DNA of 63,105 bases, filler included, from Reclinomonas americana ATCC 50394 (taxonomy: Eukaryota), in NCBI GenBank assembly GCA_048213135.1. It is 6 parts of 3 records of this genome, joined end to end, with 100 filler letters (N's around TTAATTAATTAA, not from the genome) between each part and the next. Parts side by side here need not be neighbours in the genome. Positions count along the whole stretch, not along the records: positions 17,323 to 29,602 come from PS015037.1; positions 29,703 to 45,591 come from PS015037.1; 4 more parts are not named here. One strand, 5' to 3'. A program made the position numbers and the translations under genes. Each line of letters starts with the position of its first letter. Position 1 is the first letter of the stretch. Under the pieces are notes generated by a model, which was given only the letters and a program-made list of their open reading frames with translations, was not told where the DNA came from and did not search any database. Shown here in pieces: positions 19,251-36,765 of this stretch.

Positions 19251-20863
19251 CTCTTTGTCTCTATCCATTTCTCTGTCTCTGTCTCTCTTTCTCTCTCTCT
19301 CCGTTTCTCTCTCTCTCTTCCTCTCTGTCTCTCTCTGTCTCTCTCTGTCTCTCTCCGTTTCTCCCTCCTCTCTGTGATGGAAAGAGATTGTCGGCGAGCT
19401 TGCAATTGACTTCTGGAAGCAGGTTGGCTTTGGCGGCGAAGATGCTCCTCGCGCCGTCTTTCCGACTCTTGTCGGTCGGTGAGTGTGCCTGGCCATTGCT
19501 GCCTTGAAGCCTCTGCTCATCCATTCGATGCGTCACAGGCAGTTGTGTTATCACCATGGAAAAAACCGTCGTCTTTTGCACCGCGCTCACCATTCTCTCG
19601 TGACTAGCACTTGCACGACAGAGGCCTTTGTTGGCGACCGGGCCATTAGCAAGCGTCAGCTTAACCTGACGCACCCTGTTGGGCGCGGCGTCGGTGTGTT
19701 GTTCATGCTCTTCCTTGGCTTCTTGCTTCTGCATTCACTCTTAACGCCCCGCCGTTGCAGTGACCAACTGGGACGACATGGAGGCAATCTGGCATCACAC
19801 TTTCTACAACGAGCTCCGTGTGACCCCGGAGGAGCACCCCGTGCTGCTCACAGAGTCTCCACTCGTCGCGAAGAGGGACCGCGAGAAGAGTTCCGTTGTT
19901 CTGTTCGTGTGCATTCATTTCCTGATCTCTCACCGTGTGGACTGCACAGTGACCAGCATCATGTTTGAGCGCTTCGATTTGCCGGCCATGTACGTGCAGA
20001 ATCAGGCCGTGCTGTCAATGTATGCAACTGGCCGCACCACTGGTGTGGTGGTTGAATCCGGTGACCGCGTAACGCATTGCGTGCCGGTCTACGAGGGCTT
20101 TGCGCTGCCGCACGCTGTGCAGATGCTGCCGCTGGCCGGCGGTGACGTGACGGACTACTTGAAAAAGGTGTGCGTGCTTTGTGTGACTTGTCATGCCGGT
20201 GTGTATTCTTACTCGTTGCACTTGTGGTTAGATTCTGAGTGGCACCGGCTACTGCAGCGACACGTCGGTTGTGCGCGACATGAAGGAGAAGGTGGCGTAC
20301 GTGGCGCTTGACTTTGTGGCCGAGCTGACGAGCTCGAACGAGTCAACGTCGGCGTGTGAGAAGGCATATGAGCTGCCCGACAAGCAGAGTATAACTGTGG
20401 GTTCGGAGCGCTTCCGCTGCGCAGAAATCATGTTTCAGCCGTCGCTAGTCGGCAATGTGGAGCAGCAGGGGATCGACCAGTTGGCGTTTGATTCGATTCA
20501 GCGCTGCGACGATGGCATGCACAAGGACTTGTTCGGCAACGTCATGTTGGCTGGTGGCAACACCATGTTCACTGGTGCGTTGGTGTGGGTGCGAGAATGG
20601 TCGCACCTTGTTCTTTGTTTCCCTTACTCTGTAATCTCGCTCTCTCTCGACGAGCAGGCTTGTCGGAGCGTCTGTGGAAGGAGCTGGCATCCCGCGCACC
20701 ATCGAGCACGGAGGTCAAAATCGTGGCACCGCCGGAGCGCAAGTACTCGGCGTGGATCGGCGGTTCGATTCTGACGTCGATGGATACGTTCCAGACGATG
20801 TGGATCACGAAGGATGAGTTTGAGGAGGAGGGTGCGAGCATTGTGCATCGCAAGTGCTTGTGA
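17644..20863 (+). CDS. Divergent actin-like protein 2
   Basis: Exons 17644-17671, 17738-17752 (15 nt) and 17836-17846 (11 nt) give [18 protein letters not shown]. From 19423 it reads [19 protein letters not shown]…[31 protein letters not shown]…REKMTSIMFE…[12 protein letters not shown]…[16 protein letters not shown]…IVHRKCL*. Confidence 0.92.
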
Positions 20864-21558
20864 TTGCCGGCACGGGCGCGGGGAGAGTATGGTGGAAGGT
20901 GTTTTGCGGTCTTGACAGCACTGTGCGAGTGGTGAGTGGAGAGGGGTGAGTTGTTTAGTGAATACAGCGGAAGAGTGTTCTGTTTGTCCGACAGTGAGCA
21001 GATTGTGAGTGGGGGCGAAGACAATTTGATGCGCGTTTGGGGGTAGGAGCAGTAGACAATATTAATGCAGAAGGACATGTCGCGCTGAAGCGGCACTGCG
21101 CTGTTTCGTCGTTGAGGAAGCGGAGGTGGTTGTGCATTGGTGCTCTTCGCGATCGGAGTCGGAGATGCGCATGCGGTGGGGCCTTGGGGAGGTTGGTTTC
21201 GTGGATGTCGTTTGATGTATGTTGTGTTTACCCCAGGAAGATGACGAGGCCCAGGGCAAGCATCGCTAAGTGGAGCCGGCTGTCAGAAATCAGGCATGTG
21301 TGCGATCCTGGCGGCAGATATTGATGTCCGCCAAAAGCTGTCCTGTCCTTGCGTCTTTTTTCGACTCCTTTTTTCCCCCTGCGCAGAGATAACCATCTTT
21401 GTTTGACTCTCACTCTCTTTTTGTGACGCATCTCCTCCACACAGGGCGCTGTACATTGTGTGTCTGTTTCGTCATCGACGCGCAGCATCTGCAATCGAGC
21501 TTCTTCTTTATCCGATCGAAAACACTGTGTCGTCCTTATCACGCGATCAAGCTGTATC

Positions 21559-23326
21559 ATGGGAGAGCGGCAACCTCTTGTCAGTGCGTGGCGACTCTTT
21601 GAGTTCTACATGTGCTCGTGTGATTGTGATGGTATCTGACAGTTGGGTGCTCTTCATGTGACACCGTCCGCAGTTGACAATGGATCCTGTGCGTTTGCTT
21701 TGGTGTCATTTATGTGTTGTGATTGCTGACTCTGCGCCCTCTCGTGTCGATCGTCGTCGTTAGACCTGATGAAGGTGTGTGTATGCAGGGTGTGAGGCAA
21801 AATAGTGTGCTTCTGATTACACGAGTTTTCCTCATGCAGGCTGGATATGGTGGTGAAGATGATCCCCGCGCCATCTTTCCGGCCACTGTACGCTTGTGGG
21901 TTTACTGGCTGTTGTTGTGCGCGCGTACACAGAAACTGCAATTGCAAGAGTTCTTACTTCGACGACCCTTGAAATTTTGCTGTATGTAGCCATCGCGTCA
22001 AGGTGATGGACATGACGAGGCCTACGGACTTTGTCAGTGGCGATTCGCGCCCTAATCGTGTCACATACATAAAGTACCCGATTAGTCGTGGTATTGGTGA
22101 GCTGTTGATGAACCGTACACCAGCACTCTCGCGTTTTTAACAGCGCTGTTGTGCAGTGCAAAATTGGGACGACATGGAGAAGATCTGGCACCACACTTTC
22201 TACGACGAGCTCCGTGTGGCCCCGGAGGAGCACCCTGTGCTTCTCACTGAGGCTCCGCTCAACGCGAAGACGGACCGCGAGAAGAGTTGCGTTACACTTT
22301 TACAATAAGTAGTACTTGTGAAATCATTCCTATTCTCACAATGTGTGGACTATGCAGCGACCCTCGACATGTTCGAGACCTTCAATGTGCCGGCCATGTA
22401 CCTGCAGAATCAATCTGTACTCTCCATGTACGCTGCTGGTCGCACCACTGGCATGGTGGTTGACTCTGGATACAATGTGACGCGTTGCGTGCCTGTCTAC
22501 GACGGTTTTGTGTTGCCGCACGCCATTCAGAAACTGCCGCTGGCCGGTCAGGATGTGACTGACCACCTCATGAGTGTGCGTGTATGGTGTACGTGCTTCC
22601 AGTTCATGCTCTCTCTCTCTCTCTCTCGCTCATGTCGCCTGTTCTTGGTAGATTTTGATAAGGCGGTGCACGTGCCTGGCACACACCACGTATTCTACCG
22701 AGCGCCAAGTTTTAAGTGACATTAAGGAGAAGCTGGCGTACGTCGCGCTTGACTTTGAGGCCGAGTTGAAGAGCTCGAGCGAGTCGACTTCGGCGTGCGA
22801 GAAGACGTATGAGCTGCCTGACAAGCAGACTATTACTGTGAACTCGGAGCGATTCCACTGCACAGAGGTCATGTTCCAGCCGTCGATGATGGGCTGGGAG
22901 GAGGCAGGTGTTGATCAGATGATTCTTGACTCGATCCAGCGCTGCGACAGCGACATGCACAGGGACTTGTACGGCAACGTCGTGTTGGCTGGTGGTAACA
23001 CCCTGTTCGACGGTACGTTGTGCGGGCACATGTACATGAGAGGTCTCTGTCCCACTTGTTTGATCTCTCTCATATGCATGTTGTTCTCTTTCTCTCCCTT
23101 TTATTTTTGTCGGCGAGCAGGCTTCTCGGAGCGCCTGCAGAAGGAACTCATTGCCTGTGCACCATCTTCAGTGGAGGTCAAAGTGGTGGCACCGCCACAC
23201 CGTAAGCACTCGGCCTGGATTGGGGGCTCGATTCTATCGTCGGTGGCCACGTTCCAGACGATGTGGATCACCAAGGCCGAGTTTGAGGAGGAAGGTGCTG
23301 GCGTAGTGCATCGCAAGTGCTTGTGA
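21559..23326 (+). CDS. Divergent actin-like protein 3 (tandem with paralogue 2)
   Basis: Exons 21559-21583, 21674-21688 and 21764-21774 give [17 protein letters not shown]. It continues [14 protein letters not shown]…[44 protein letters not shown]…[16 protein letters not shown]…VVHRKCL*. One junction in the DNase-I-loop region is unresolved. Confidence 0.9.
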
Positions 23327-23849
23327 TATAGCAAAGGGTAACCCCTTGCATGCAGTACTAGTGGAGAGTATGCAATTGTGTTGCGCCCAGAATGCACGGC
23401 ATATACACGTCATCGCCGCATGCGCATATGCATGTTCTTCCCATGAGTATCGATATGAACACGTTTTCTGCACGGTCGACATCACCATGTCACCAACCTT
23501 ACAAACATCATTGCCCCCATGTGCACGCATGCAATCTTGAACAGCTCATGATCATACGCGCGCGTCGTCGATCGCGACGTCGAGTACAACAACATCAACA
23601 CATCCTTTCTAAATCACGCGCAAACTGTCTTGCAATTGATGCCCAAAGTTCAACCGTATGAATGCAAGTCATTGTTGTCTGTTCTTCACCATGATGCCTG
23701 TGTGCTTGTCCACACTTCCCCGCTCACCACACAACCACCAGCCGTGCAAAAACGGGACCGAATATCCCCTTCCCATTTTTGGCAAATGGAAAATGCCACC
23801 CCTTCGCACTTTGGTGGACCACTCCACTCAACGACACTTCTCTCATCGC

Positions 23850-26221
23850 ATGACTCTGCGCGCCCACGCGCGTCTCTCCAACAACAGCAGAAAACATGTG
23901 CGACTATGGCCATCAGTCGCCACTCTCCTCCTCCTCATGACAGCAGTGGCAGTGCAAGTGGCGCCAACAACAGGTCAGAGACACGATGAAAGTGCAAAGT
24001 TCTCACTCTCTTGCTCTCTCTCTCTCTCTCTCTCACTCACTCTCTCACTCTCTCTCACCATCAGTCTCTGTCTCTGTGTCTCACTCACGCACTCACAATT
24101 CCTCTCACACGTTTTTTCACATTGAGAATCACGATGCACAACACACACTACTCACCCTCACTCTCTTCCCTCTTCTCCTCCTCTCTCCTCCCTCGCGTCT
24201 TATTCGACACTGCCGCCTGCTGAGCAGGAATGTGCACCTTTCTATATTGAGTAGTGAGCGCGTCCCCACGAACACCTCTCTCTTTCCCCTCTCTCTTCCC
24301 CCTCCTTCTCCTTCCCCTCTCTCCTTCCCCTCACTTCTCCTCCCTCTCCTCTCCTCCCACTCATCATCATCATCATCCTCGACGATATCGCCGTCTTTCT
24401 TTATTCGTGCAGTTCGCGCGGCCACTCCACCGACTCCAGCACCAGCACCAGCACCACCAGACGACGGCCTCTCATCCCTCAGCCTGCCCAGTGCGTCTCC
24501 TTCTCCCTCCCTCCCCCTTCTCCCCTCTCATCTCCTCCTCATACAAACAAGGTTCCAAGCTGCTCCTGGAATCCACCGAACACAGCCCGCTCACCATCGG
24601 CCTGCTGGCCTTGTTTGCCGTCACCACCATTGGCCTACTGGTGTACGTTCTGCGACAGGCGCAGCAGAGGGGCGGATGCAGCAGAGCGTCGATCACCTCC
24701 TCCACGCCTGTGACCTCCGACGCAGAACCACAGTTGCAGTGGTGGCGGGCGGCAATGTGTCTCGTGCTCGCAGTGGTGGTGGCGACGGCGTTGCTGGCGC
24801 CCATGATGCCGGAGCTGCTGGCCACGCAGGTGTGCCCGGCCGTCAATAGCATGGATCTGAACGATTCGCGCGGCCTGCCCGACAAGGCGCACTCGTCGCC
24901 CGACGGCAGCGCCCGCTCCACGCACTGTCACCAGAGCGACGAGGTGAGCACGGGCATTGTCGAGTGGCCGCAGTTGCCCACGGCCGCCGGCGTCCGAGTG
25001 CTCATGTCGGTGGACGCGGGGCGCATCGAGCGGCAACCGCCAGTGTCGCTCCTCTCCAACGCACAGCTCGGCTCGCTCGATCACCTGGTGACGCTATTCG
25101 AGTCGACGTACTGCGGCGACGACGTCTGCCACGTGTGGTCGCTGCCGCAGCACTACTGGACCACGTCGCGCGCCGAGGTGCTGGACGACGTCTCCCTCGA
25201 CCGCCGGCCCTGCATCTGTGAGCAGCCGACCGACACGGGTCGCACCGTGCAGCTGCTGTCGTTTGCGCAGGCGACGGTGGTGATTCACGACAATGGCAGC
25301 GGCCGCTTCTTGTGGCGCAGCGATCGCGCCTCCGGACCGCAGCAGCTGACGGCGTTCCACGCCGAGCTCGTCACCCCCGTGGACTACGTGCCGTGGCGGC
25401 TGCCGTCGCGCCGCCATCACCGGCGCCTCGTGAACCTGTGCTTGAACTGGAGCCGTCCGTGGCAGCACTTTCTCATGCTGCAACTCGGGCACGTGCGCCT
25501 GGCCGCCGAGCACTTTCACGACGCATCGTGGTTGGTGGGCTCGCGCGAGTCCCGCGCCCTGCTCTTGTGGGCGTTGGGGGCGGCCGGCGTGCGCTTCGAT
25601 GCACGCAACGTGCACCTGTGTCACACCGAGGAGACGCGCGGCAGCACGCTGGTGCATACGGCCGACGAGATGCTGCTGATGGGCGAGTTCCCGCTGTGGC
25701 CGCCCGACTATCCCAGTCGCACGGTGCTGGAGAGCACGCGCGCCCTCTTTCACGACGCTTCGGTGCCGCACCGCACCACGTGCACGGTGCTGTACCTGGC
25801 ACGGCGCGCCGGCACCAAGGGCATGCGCAGCGCCACGCGCTACCTCGACGCCGAGTTGGAGCAGTTGCTGTTGCGGAGGCTGCGCGAGGCGTTGCCGGCG
25901 CACTGCACCGTGACGGTGTTTGAGGGCGCCACGGGCGGATCGCTGTCGTCGACGCAGCAGGCCGATGTCGCCACGCTGTTTGCCAGCGCCTCGGCCATTG
26001 TCGGACCGCACGGCGGCGCCTTTGCCAACATGCTGTACTGCCGGCCGGACACGCTGGTGGTCGAGTTTGCCGATCCCAAACAGTGGACCGGCTACTGGCA
26101 CGTGGCGCAGGCACTCGGCTTGCCGCATCGGTATGTGCTGGTGAGGCCGGATGGGAGGGGGGTGTTTCGGTATTTGCCGGTGGAGGAGATAGTCGGGGAG
26201 ATTGCCAAGAGTGTCAGATAA
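23850..26221 (+). CDS. Membrane-anchored glycosyltransferase family 61 (DUF563-like)
   Basis: The long last exon contains QQADVATLFASASAIVGPHGGAFANMLYCRPDTLVVEF…YWHVAQALGL (the GT61 HG motif) and two hydrophobic helices. Upstream exons 23850-23973 (signal-like) and 24413-24490 splice in frame. Confidence 0.8.
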
Positions 26222-27673
26222 GTAAAGGAGTAAGTAATGGGAAAGGGAAGGGAGGTTAAAGGGAAAGGGTAAAGGGGGGAAGGGGTGTAGAGGGAAAGGG
26301 CGGTAGAGGGAAAGGGTGAAGGGGGAAGGGTGAAGGGGGAAGAATGGAAAGGTGGTGGAGGCTAAATTGTGATCGAAGACAAAGGGAAGACTGGAAAGAG
26401 GTGATTGCAAACGGGCGAAGGTCAAGTGGTTGAAGGCACAGAGGTGAAGAATGAAGAGAAGCGAAGGCAACGGAGTGAATGCTAAGGGGAGAATGGGTGA
26501 GGCAATGGTGCAAGCCAAGGGATGAAGCAACAGGCGAAGGCGAAGAGCTTAATACAGAGAGGCAATAGTAAGGGAGAGAGAGATCAGACGGGCGAAAGCT
26601 GTGATTGTGGCATTCCAGCATGGAGTGCGCGTGCGCGTGGCGATGCAGTCGCTGGGCACACCGCGGCGTCTGGCAAAAGGAGAAGAGGTGCCAATACGGC
26701 AAACAGGCGAAGGCGAAAGGGGCGATGGCAAAAACTGATGACTGAGGAGCAAAGAGGTCAAGATAGAGGAGTGGAGGCAACGAGGGGGATGGGTGAGCGA
26801 GGAGCAAAACAGAAAGAGGTGAAGTCACGGGGCGGAGTAATGGAAAGGACTGGAGGCAAGGATGAAAGCAATCGGTACTAGTACGGAGGGGTGAGAGCAA
26901 AAAGGGTAGAACACCTGTACAAAGCAACGAAGTGAGATCAAAGTGGGGAGGACAGCGGGATGAAGGCAGAGGAAAGAAGGCACAGGAGCAAAAAGACGAA
27001 AGGGGCATCGCTATTCGGCGTAGGCAAATGGCTGAAGTGGTAATGAAGCAGTGGGCAAAGAAATGAGTTGGAGTGATTGCAAAGAGAAAAAGAAAGGTAG
27101 AAAGAGAGAAAAGCGAGAGACAGACAGGGAGAGAAATGTAGACTGAGAAGTTGGAATGCAAACACTGGGAATTGGCAGCGAGTAAAGGATGGAGACACAA
27201 AGATGAGATAGCCAGAGGGGAGAAGCGTAAGGGACAGGTAAGGGGGGAAGGCAGAAGGGGTGACAGCCGTGGGGAGAAGACTTGGCAGCGGGCAAGGAAA
27301 AGAATAGGGGTGATTGAAAAGAAAACAAGAGAGAGAGAGAGAGAGAAAATGCAGAGAGAGAAGAAGGAATGCAAACGCAGGGAATTGGCTGCGAGTACAG
27401 GATGGGGACAGAAAGAAGAGAAAGCCAGAGGGGGGATGCGAAGGGGGCGGAGAAGGGACCCGAGAAGCATCACGGCTTGAAGTCGAAGGATTAGGAAGAC
27501 TTGTGGTAAGAGAGGCGCCCTCCAACGATGAGTGCCTGTGATCCTTCGCTCTCACAAGTTCAACCAAGAATCGTGAACGTCGTCAAAGGAGTAACGATAA
27601 ATGCCTGCTGTTCTCCGTGAGTTGTTGCGCGTTTGCAATCAATCCTTCTTCACAGCGCACCTTTCATTTCCCG

Positions 27674-30600
27674 TCAAATGTTCGCCACCAGCCACCGTTC
27701 CAGGTCGTCGACCTGCTTCAGCAGCTGCGCCGAGTCCTGCTTCTGCGCCTCGCACTTTTGGCGCAGTCGTGCCATGCACTGCCGCACACCACTGGCGTCG
27801 TACGTCACGTGATGAAGCGACTCGGTGAACCATTCGACAAACTCGGGCGAGAGGCAGTCGGAGAAGACGCGCGCCTCGGTGATGACTCCCCTGTCTGAGT
27901 TGACATTCACGTCCTTCAGAGAGGGGAAAGTAAGAATGCCTGCTTTGATCTCGGGCACAGATAAACAACGCACCATGATTCCCCAGTCGAACCGCGTCTC
28001 CAGTTGATGGTTGAAGAGCGGTGTCTCGCCAAATCTCCATTTCCAGTCCTGTGAGTGGCGAGAGGTACTCTGTTACATGTTTCTAGTGCAGTGGCGATCT
28101 CAAGGACGGAGAGTGCACGGTCACGGCCCCACCGGACTTTAAGCACAAGAATGCACGCGTGTACAAAAAAACCCTTACCCAGACAGGCACAAGAAACCAT
28201 TCCACCAGGTTCACACGAACTATTTACCACATCCACAGCCACTCCCCGAATCACACCCACACACCCACACACTTCCCAGGCCACATCGTCCCCCAGGTTC
28301 ACACGAATCTTTCCCAGACAATAAGGACGCTACTCCAGATACATACTCTCCCACATTCAAACGATTCTTACTCCTGCGTACACCCCCTAAGTCCAAATCA
28401 ACTGTGCCCTAGGCACCCACACCCTTCCCAGCGTACTCTCCTCCTCTCCCACAGACGCACGCGAACCCCTCTCAATCACACTCACTCCCATTTACGCCCG
28501 ATCCACACACCTTCCCCCATCTCGAACTCTCCCTCAAAAAAACGGACCCTCACCAAGGAACCCCCCACGCAATCACACTCCTCCAGGATCACACTGTGCT
28601 CCCGGCACCTCCATGCTACTCTCCTCCTCTTCCACAGATGCACGCGGTCCCTCCCAGGCACACCCTCTCCCACTTACGCATGAATCCTTCCCAATCCACA
28701 CACACACCCTTCCCCCTTCGTGAGCCCTTCCCAAACAATCCACGCCTCGTCACCCAGGCGCGCCCTCACAAAGAAAACAGGAGACCGCACCACTTCCCGG
28801 CACATACGCTCTCTTCCCTTCTTTTGCATCCCACACCCTTCCCCATCCACCCCCTTCGCACACACGCACCTTCAACTCATCATAGTATCCGCGCAGTGAA
28901 GGCGTCGATTGCAATTCGGCGTGATCCAAATCGACCACCTTTATGCGAGCAGCCAGTCACATCGCATGCACAAAACATTAATCTCATGCCAAAACGCAAC
29001 ATCAACAGACACATGTCCGTGCGACGTGGCAAACTCCTCGACCAGCTTTTCGCACAGCCTCTCATGCGTGACAGCCGGATTGAGGTCGCGCAGGTTGGCC
29101 ACGCGCGACTGCACACTCTTGACGCCCTTGCTCTGTACCCATGTGTCAGCCACATGCTCCATATATGCCTTCCTCCTCTCCCCCTTCAAACCTCCAGCTT
29201 GGCCTTGTTCGGATTCAGGTACAGCGGCAACGCCGTCATGTCCACATTGATGAGGAGCGTGCCGTGGTGGAAGGCACGATCGCCGGAGAGCTTGAAGGCG
29301 GAGCCGGAGATTTTGCGATCGCGCACCTCGTTGTCGCCGGCAGCCGCGGCCTTGACCACAATGTCGTTGCGGCCGGTGGACTCGGCCAGCACGTTGAGGC
29401 GGGCCAGCGCGCGCACAATGACCAGCATGTTGGCGTGCTTGTCGTAGGTTTCGATGGGGGAGATGAAGGTGAAGCAGGTGTTGCCGAGGTCCTGCGGAAT
29501 GGGGGAAGGGGGAAGGGGGGAAGGGGACATGGGGGAAGGGTGGGAAAGGGAAGGGAGTAAAGGAGAGAAAGAGGGAAAGAGGGAAAAAGGGAACGAGGGA
29601 ACNNNNNNNNNNNNNNNNNNNNNNNNNNNNNNNNNNNNNNNNNNNNTTAATTAATTAANNNNNNNNNNNNNNNNNNNNNNNNNNNNNNNNNNNNNNNNNN
29701 NNAAAGAGGGAAAGAGGGAAAGAGGGAAAGAGGGAAGGAGGGGAAAGAGGGAAAGAGGGGAAAGAGGGAAAGAGGGGAAAGAGGGAAAGAGGGAAAGAGG
29801 GAAAGAGATTTGCTGAGTGTTGCATTTGTTGGTAATGAAGCAGACGTGAGTGCAAAGAAATAAGCATTAGGAACCACTCAATATCGATCTCGACAAGAGA
29901 CAACAGAGCCAAACGCAGCATATCTCACAGACATAGGGACGAGAGGGAACAAGTCATCGAGTGACAATCAACTGTCTTCTGCGCTCGCACACCTTTCGCA
30001 GCATCGATCTCGAGAAGAGAGGAAGGACGAGCCATGCACCATAACCACGAAAAGGTCAACTTGTGTGGCGGGATGAGAACGAGGAGACAATTCAAGACAA
30101 AGAAGACGAAGATTTGGAGTGACACTCAGCTGAATTCTGCGCTCTCACATCTATCGTAACACCTATCCCGAGCAGAGAAGAAGGAGGAACCAACCAGGCA
30201 CCACAACTGAAGAACGAACTCTTTTGCACGAGGGCAAGTCAAGACGAACATTGTGCTCAACACAATAAGAAGCTATCAATCACTGACGACTCTGGAGACT
30301 ATCATCCCAACAGCGCACATGGCAGTACCCCGTCTGATCTGGCGACAACAAATCCAAGCCGAGGAAGACGATGATTAAGCGTGCCGCGAGCTCTACACAT
30401 CTGGTGGCTAACTAACACCGACTACTCTGGAGACTATCATCCCAATGCAGTGCCCTGTCTGATCTGGCGAAGACACCTTCAACGCAGTCACCCACCTCCA
30501 CACCACAGACAGCAAGATGTGGACAACTGCATCGGCATGAGCATCGACGGTTCCTCCCGCTGCCGACGTGAAGAGACCCTTCCCTCTCCCTCAATCTCCC

Positions 30601-30998
30601 TTTCGCCTTTTCCTCACCTGATACACCGCTCCACCCCCACTCCTCCGCCTCGTCAACACCACTCCATCGCGATCCATGGCCTGCACATGACACTCCTTCC
30701 ACGGATTCTGATTGCGTCCAATCACCACGGTCTTGTCGTTGCGCCACAGAAACAGCGTCGGAACCACGGGTTTCATGCTGCGAAAGAGCCACTCCTCCGT
30801 CGCCAGGTTGAACACCGGGTCGAAGGTGTTGGAGCGGAAGACTTGGATGGGTGAGGGCTGTATGAGGGGAGAAGGGAGAAGGAGAAGGTGAGGAGAAGGT
30901 GAGGAGAAGGTGGAGGAGAAGGTGGTGAGAAGGTGAGGGAGAAGGTGGAGGAGAAGGTGGGGATAAGGTGGGGAAAAGGTGAGAAGGAGAGAAGGAAA

Positions 30999-31034
<36 letters not shown>

Positions 31035-31428
31035 GAGGGGAAGGTGGGGAGAAGGAGGGGAGAAGGTGAGGGGAAGGTGAGGGGGAAGGTTGCGGGGGAC
31101 GGTGGGGATAAGGTGAGGATACGATGGGGATAAGGTAGGGATAAGGTGGGGATAAGGCACGGGATAAGGTGAGAAGGTGACAAGGTGAGAAGGTGAGAAG
31201 GTGACAAGGTGACAAGGTGACAAGGGTGACAAGGTGACACGGTGAAGACATGAGCAGAAGAGAAAGTGAAGAGATGCAAAGGTGACAAGGTGAGAAGGTG
31301 AAAAAGAAAGCACTACTTGAGGAACTGCAATCTCCCCTTCTCTCTTCTCTCGTTCTTTCTTCTTCTTGTCCTCCTCTTCCTCTCTCTGTGCACAAACTCA
31401 CCACTGATGAGAACGCTCGTCGCAACAT
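27674..31428 (-). CDS. lplA: Lipoate-protein ligase A with C-terminal domain, short mitochondrial-type presequence
   Basis: Spliced reading: MLRRAFSSV|PSPIQVFRSNTFDPVFNLATEEWLF…LFLWRNDKTVVIGRNQNPWKEC…RRRSGGGAVYQ|DLGNTCFTF…GRNDI…RKISGSAF…HHGTLL…|SKGVKSVQSRVANL…|DWKWRFGETP…FDWG…VFSDCL…*. The gene spans the linker at 29647. Confidence 0.93.
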
Positions 31429-31512
31429 CGTCGCACACACACAAAAAACTAAAAACAGCAATGACATCACATTGTCACACTCTCACTCACTCACTCACAA
31501 AACGAACTCACC

Positions 31513-35559
<4,047 letters not shown>

Positions 35560-35561
<2 letters not shown>

Positions 35562-35673
35562 AATGCAAGATCAGGAGAGGGAGAGTGTGTGTGAAGAAGA
35601 ACGAAGAGAGAGAGAGAGAGAGATTAGGAGTGCACAACCAGATCACCATGCTCCTTGACCTGAAAGATACAAG

Positions 35674-35712
<39 letters not shown>

Positions 35713-36765
35713 AGAATAAGAACTACAACAGATAGAGAATGCGAGTGCAGAGCCAGATCAGGATGCTCCTCGTGGTCAGAGAGAGAGAGAGAGATTCTGA
35801 AGAAGAAGTACACGAACAACAATAGAGAGAATCAGAGTGCAGAGCCAGATCAGCATGCTCCTTGTTCTGTCCCTCCGTTAGAGATGCAAGGTCAGAGAGC
35901 GATAGAGAGAGCATACAGAAGAACAACAGCAACAAAGAGAGAATACCAGTACAGAGCCAAATCAGCATGCACCTCGTCCTTCCCCTCCGTTAGAAAGAGA
36001 GAAATATNNNNNNNNNNNNNNNNNNNNNNNNNNNNNNNNNNNNNNNNNNNNNNNNNNNNNNNNNNNNNNNNNNNNNNNNNNNNNNNNNNNNNNNNNNNNN
36101 NNNNNNNNNNNNNNNNNNNNNNNNNNNNNNNNNNNNNNNNNNNNNNNNNNNNNNNNNNNNNNNNNNNNNNNNNNNNNNNNNNNNNNNNNNNNNNNNNNNN
36201 NNNNNNNNNNNNNNNNNNNNNNNNNNNNNNNNNNNNNNNNNNNNNNNNNNNNNNNNNNNNNNNNNNNNNNNNNNNNNNNNNNNNNNNNNNNNNNNNNNNN
36301 NNNNNNNNNNNNNNNNNNNNNNNNNNNNNNNNNNNNNNCTGTGTCCACTGCCAGAGCCGGAGCCCGTGCCGGGGCCGTGCAGAATGTCCCGCAGCTCGGC
36401 GCGCCGTGTCTCGCTGTTCTCCAGCTCGCGAAGCAGCAGCAGCAGCGGGTGCCGTTGCGACAGGTCGAGGGTCCAGGGTGAGAGGCCGCGTCCGTTGGCC
36501 AGGTCCGTGCCCGGTTGGAATGAGCGACGCAGACTTGCCCACCAGCTTGGTGCGTGGGACTGCAGCTGGAGAAGGGGAAAGGAGAACAGTGAGTGCGATG
36601 GACAGTAGGAGAAGGAGAGGGCGAAGAGGGAAAGGAGGCAGAGGGCGTAGATCATGTGATCTGGCCTTGAACTGTTATTCTCTCTTTCTCTCTCTCTGAC
36701 CTTGCATTCTATTTGAGGGGCAGGACGAGGAGCAGTGTGATCTGGCTCTGCGATGCTATTCTCTN
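35560..36765. repeat. Degenerate ~100 bp repeat
   Basis: The motif gagtgcagagccagatca.catgctcct recurs near 35628, 35742, 35835 and 35947, with inverted copies near 36655 and 36735. Confidence 0.5.
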
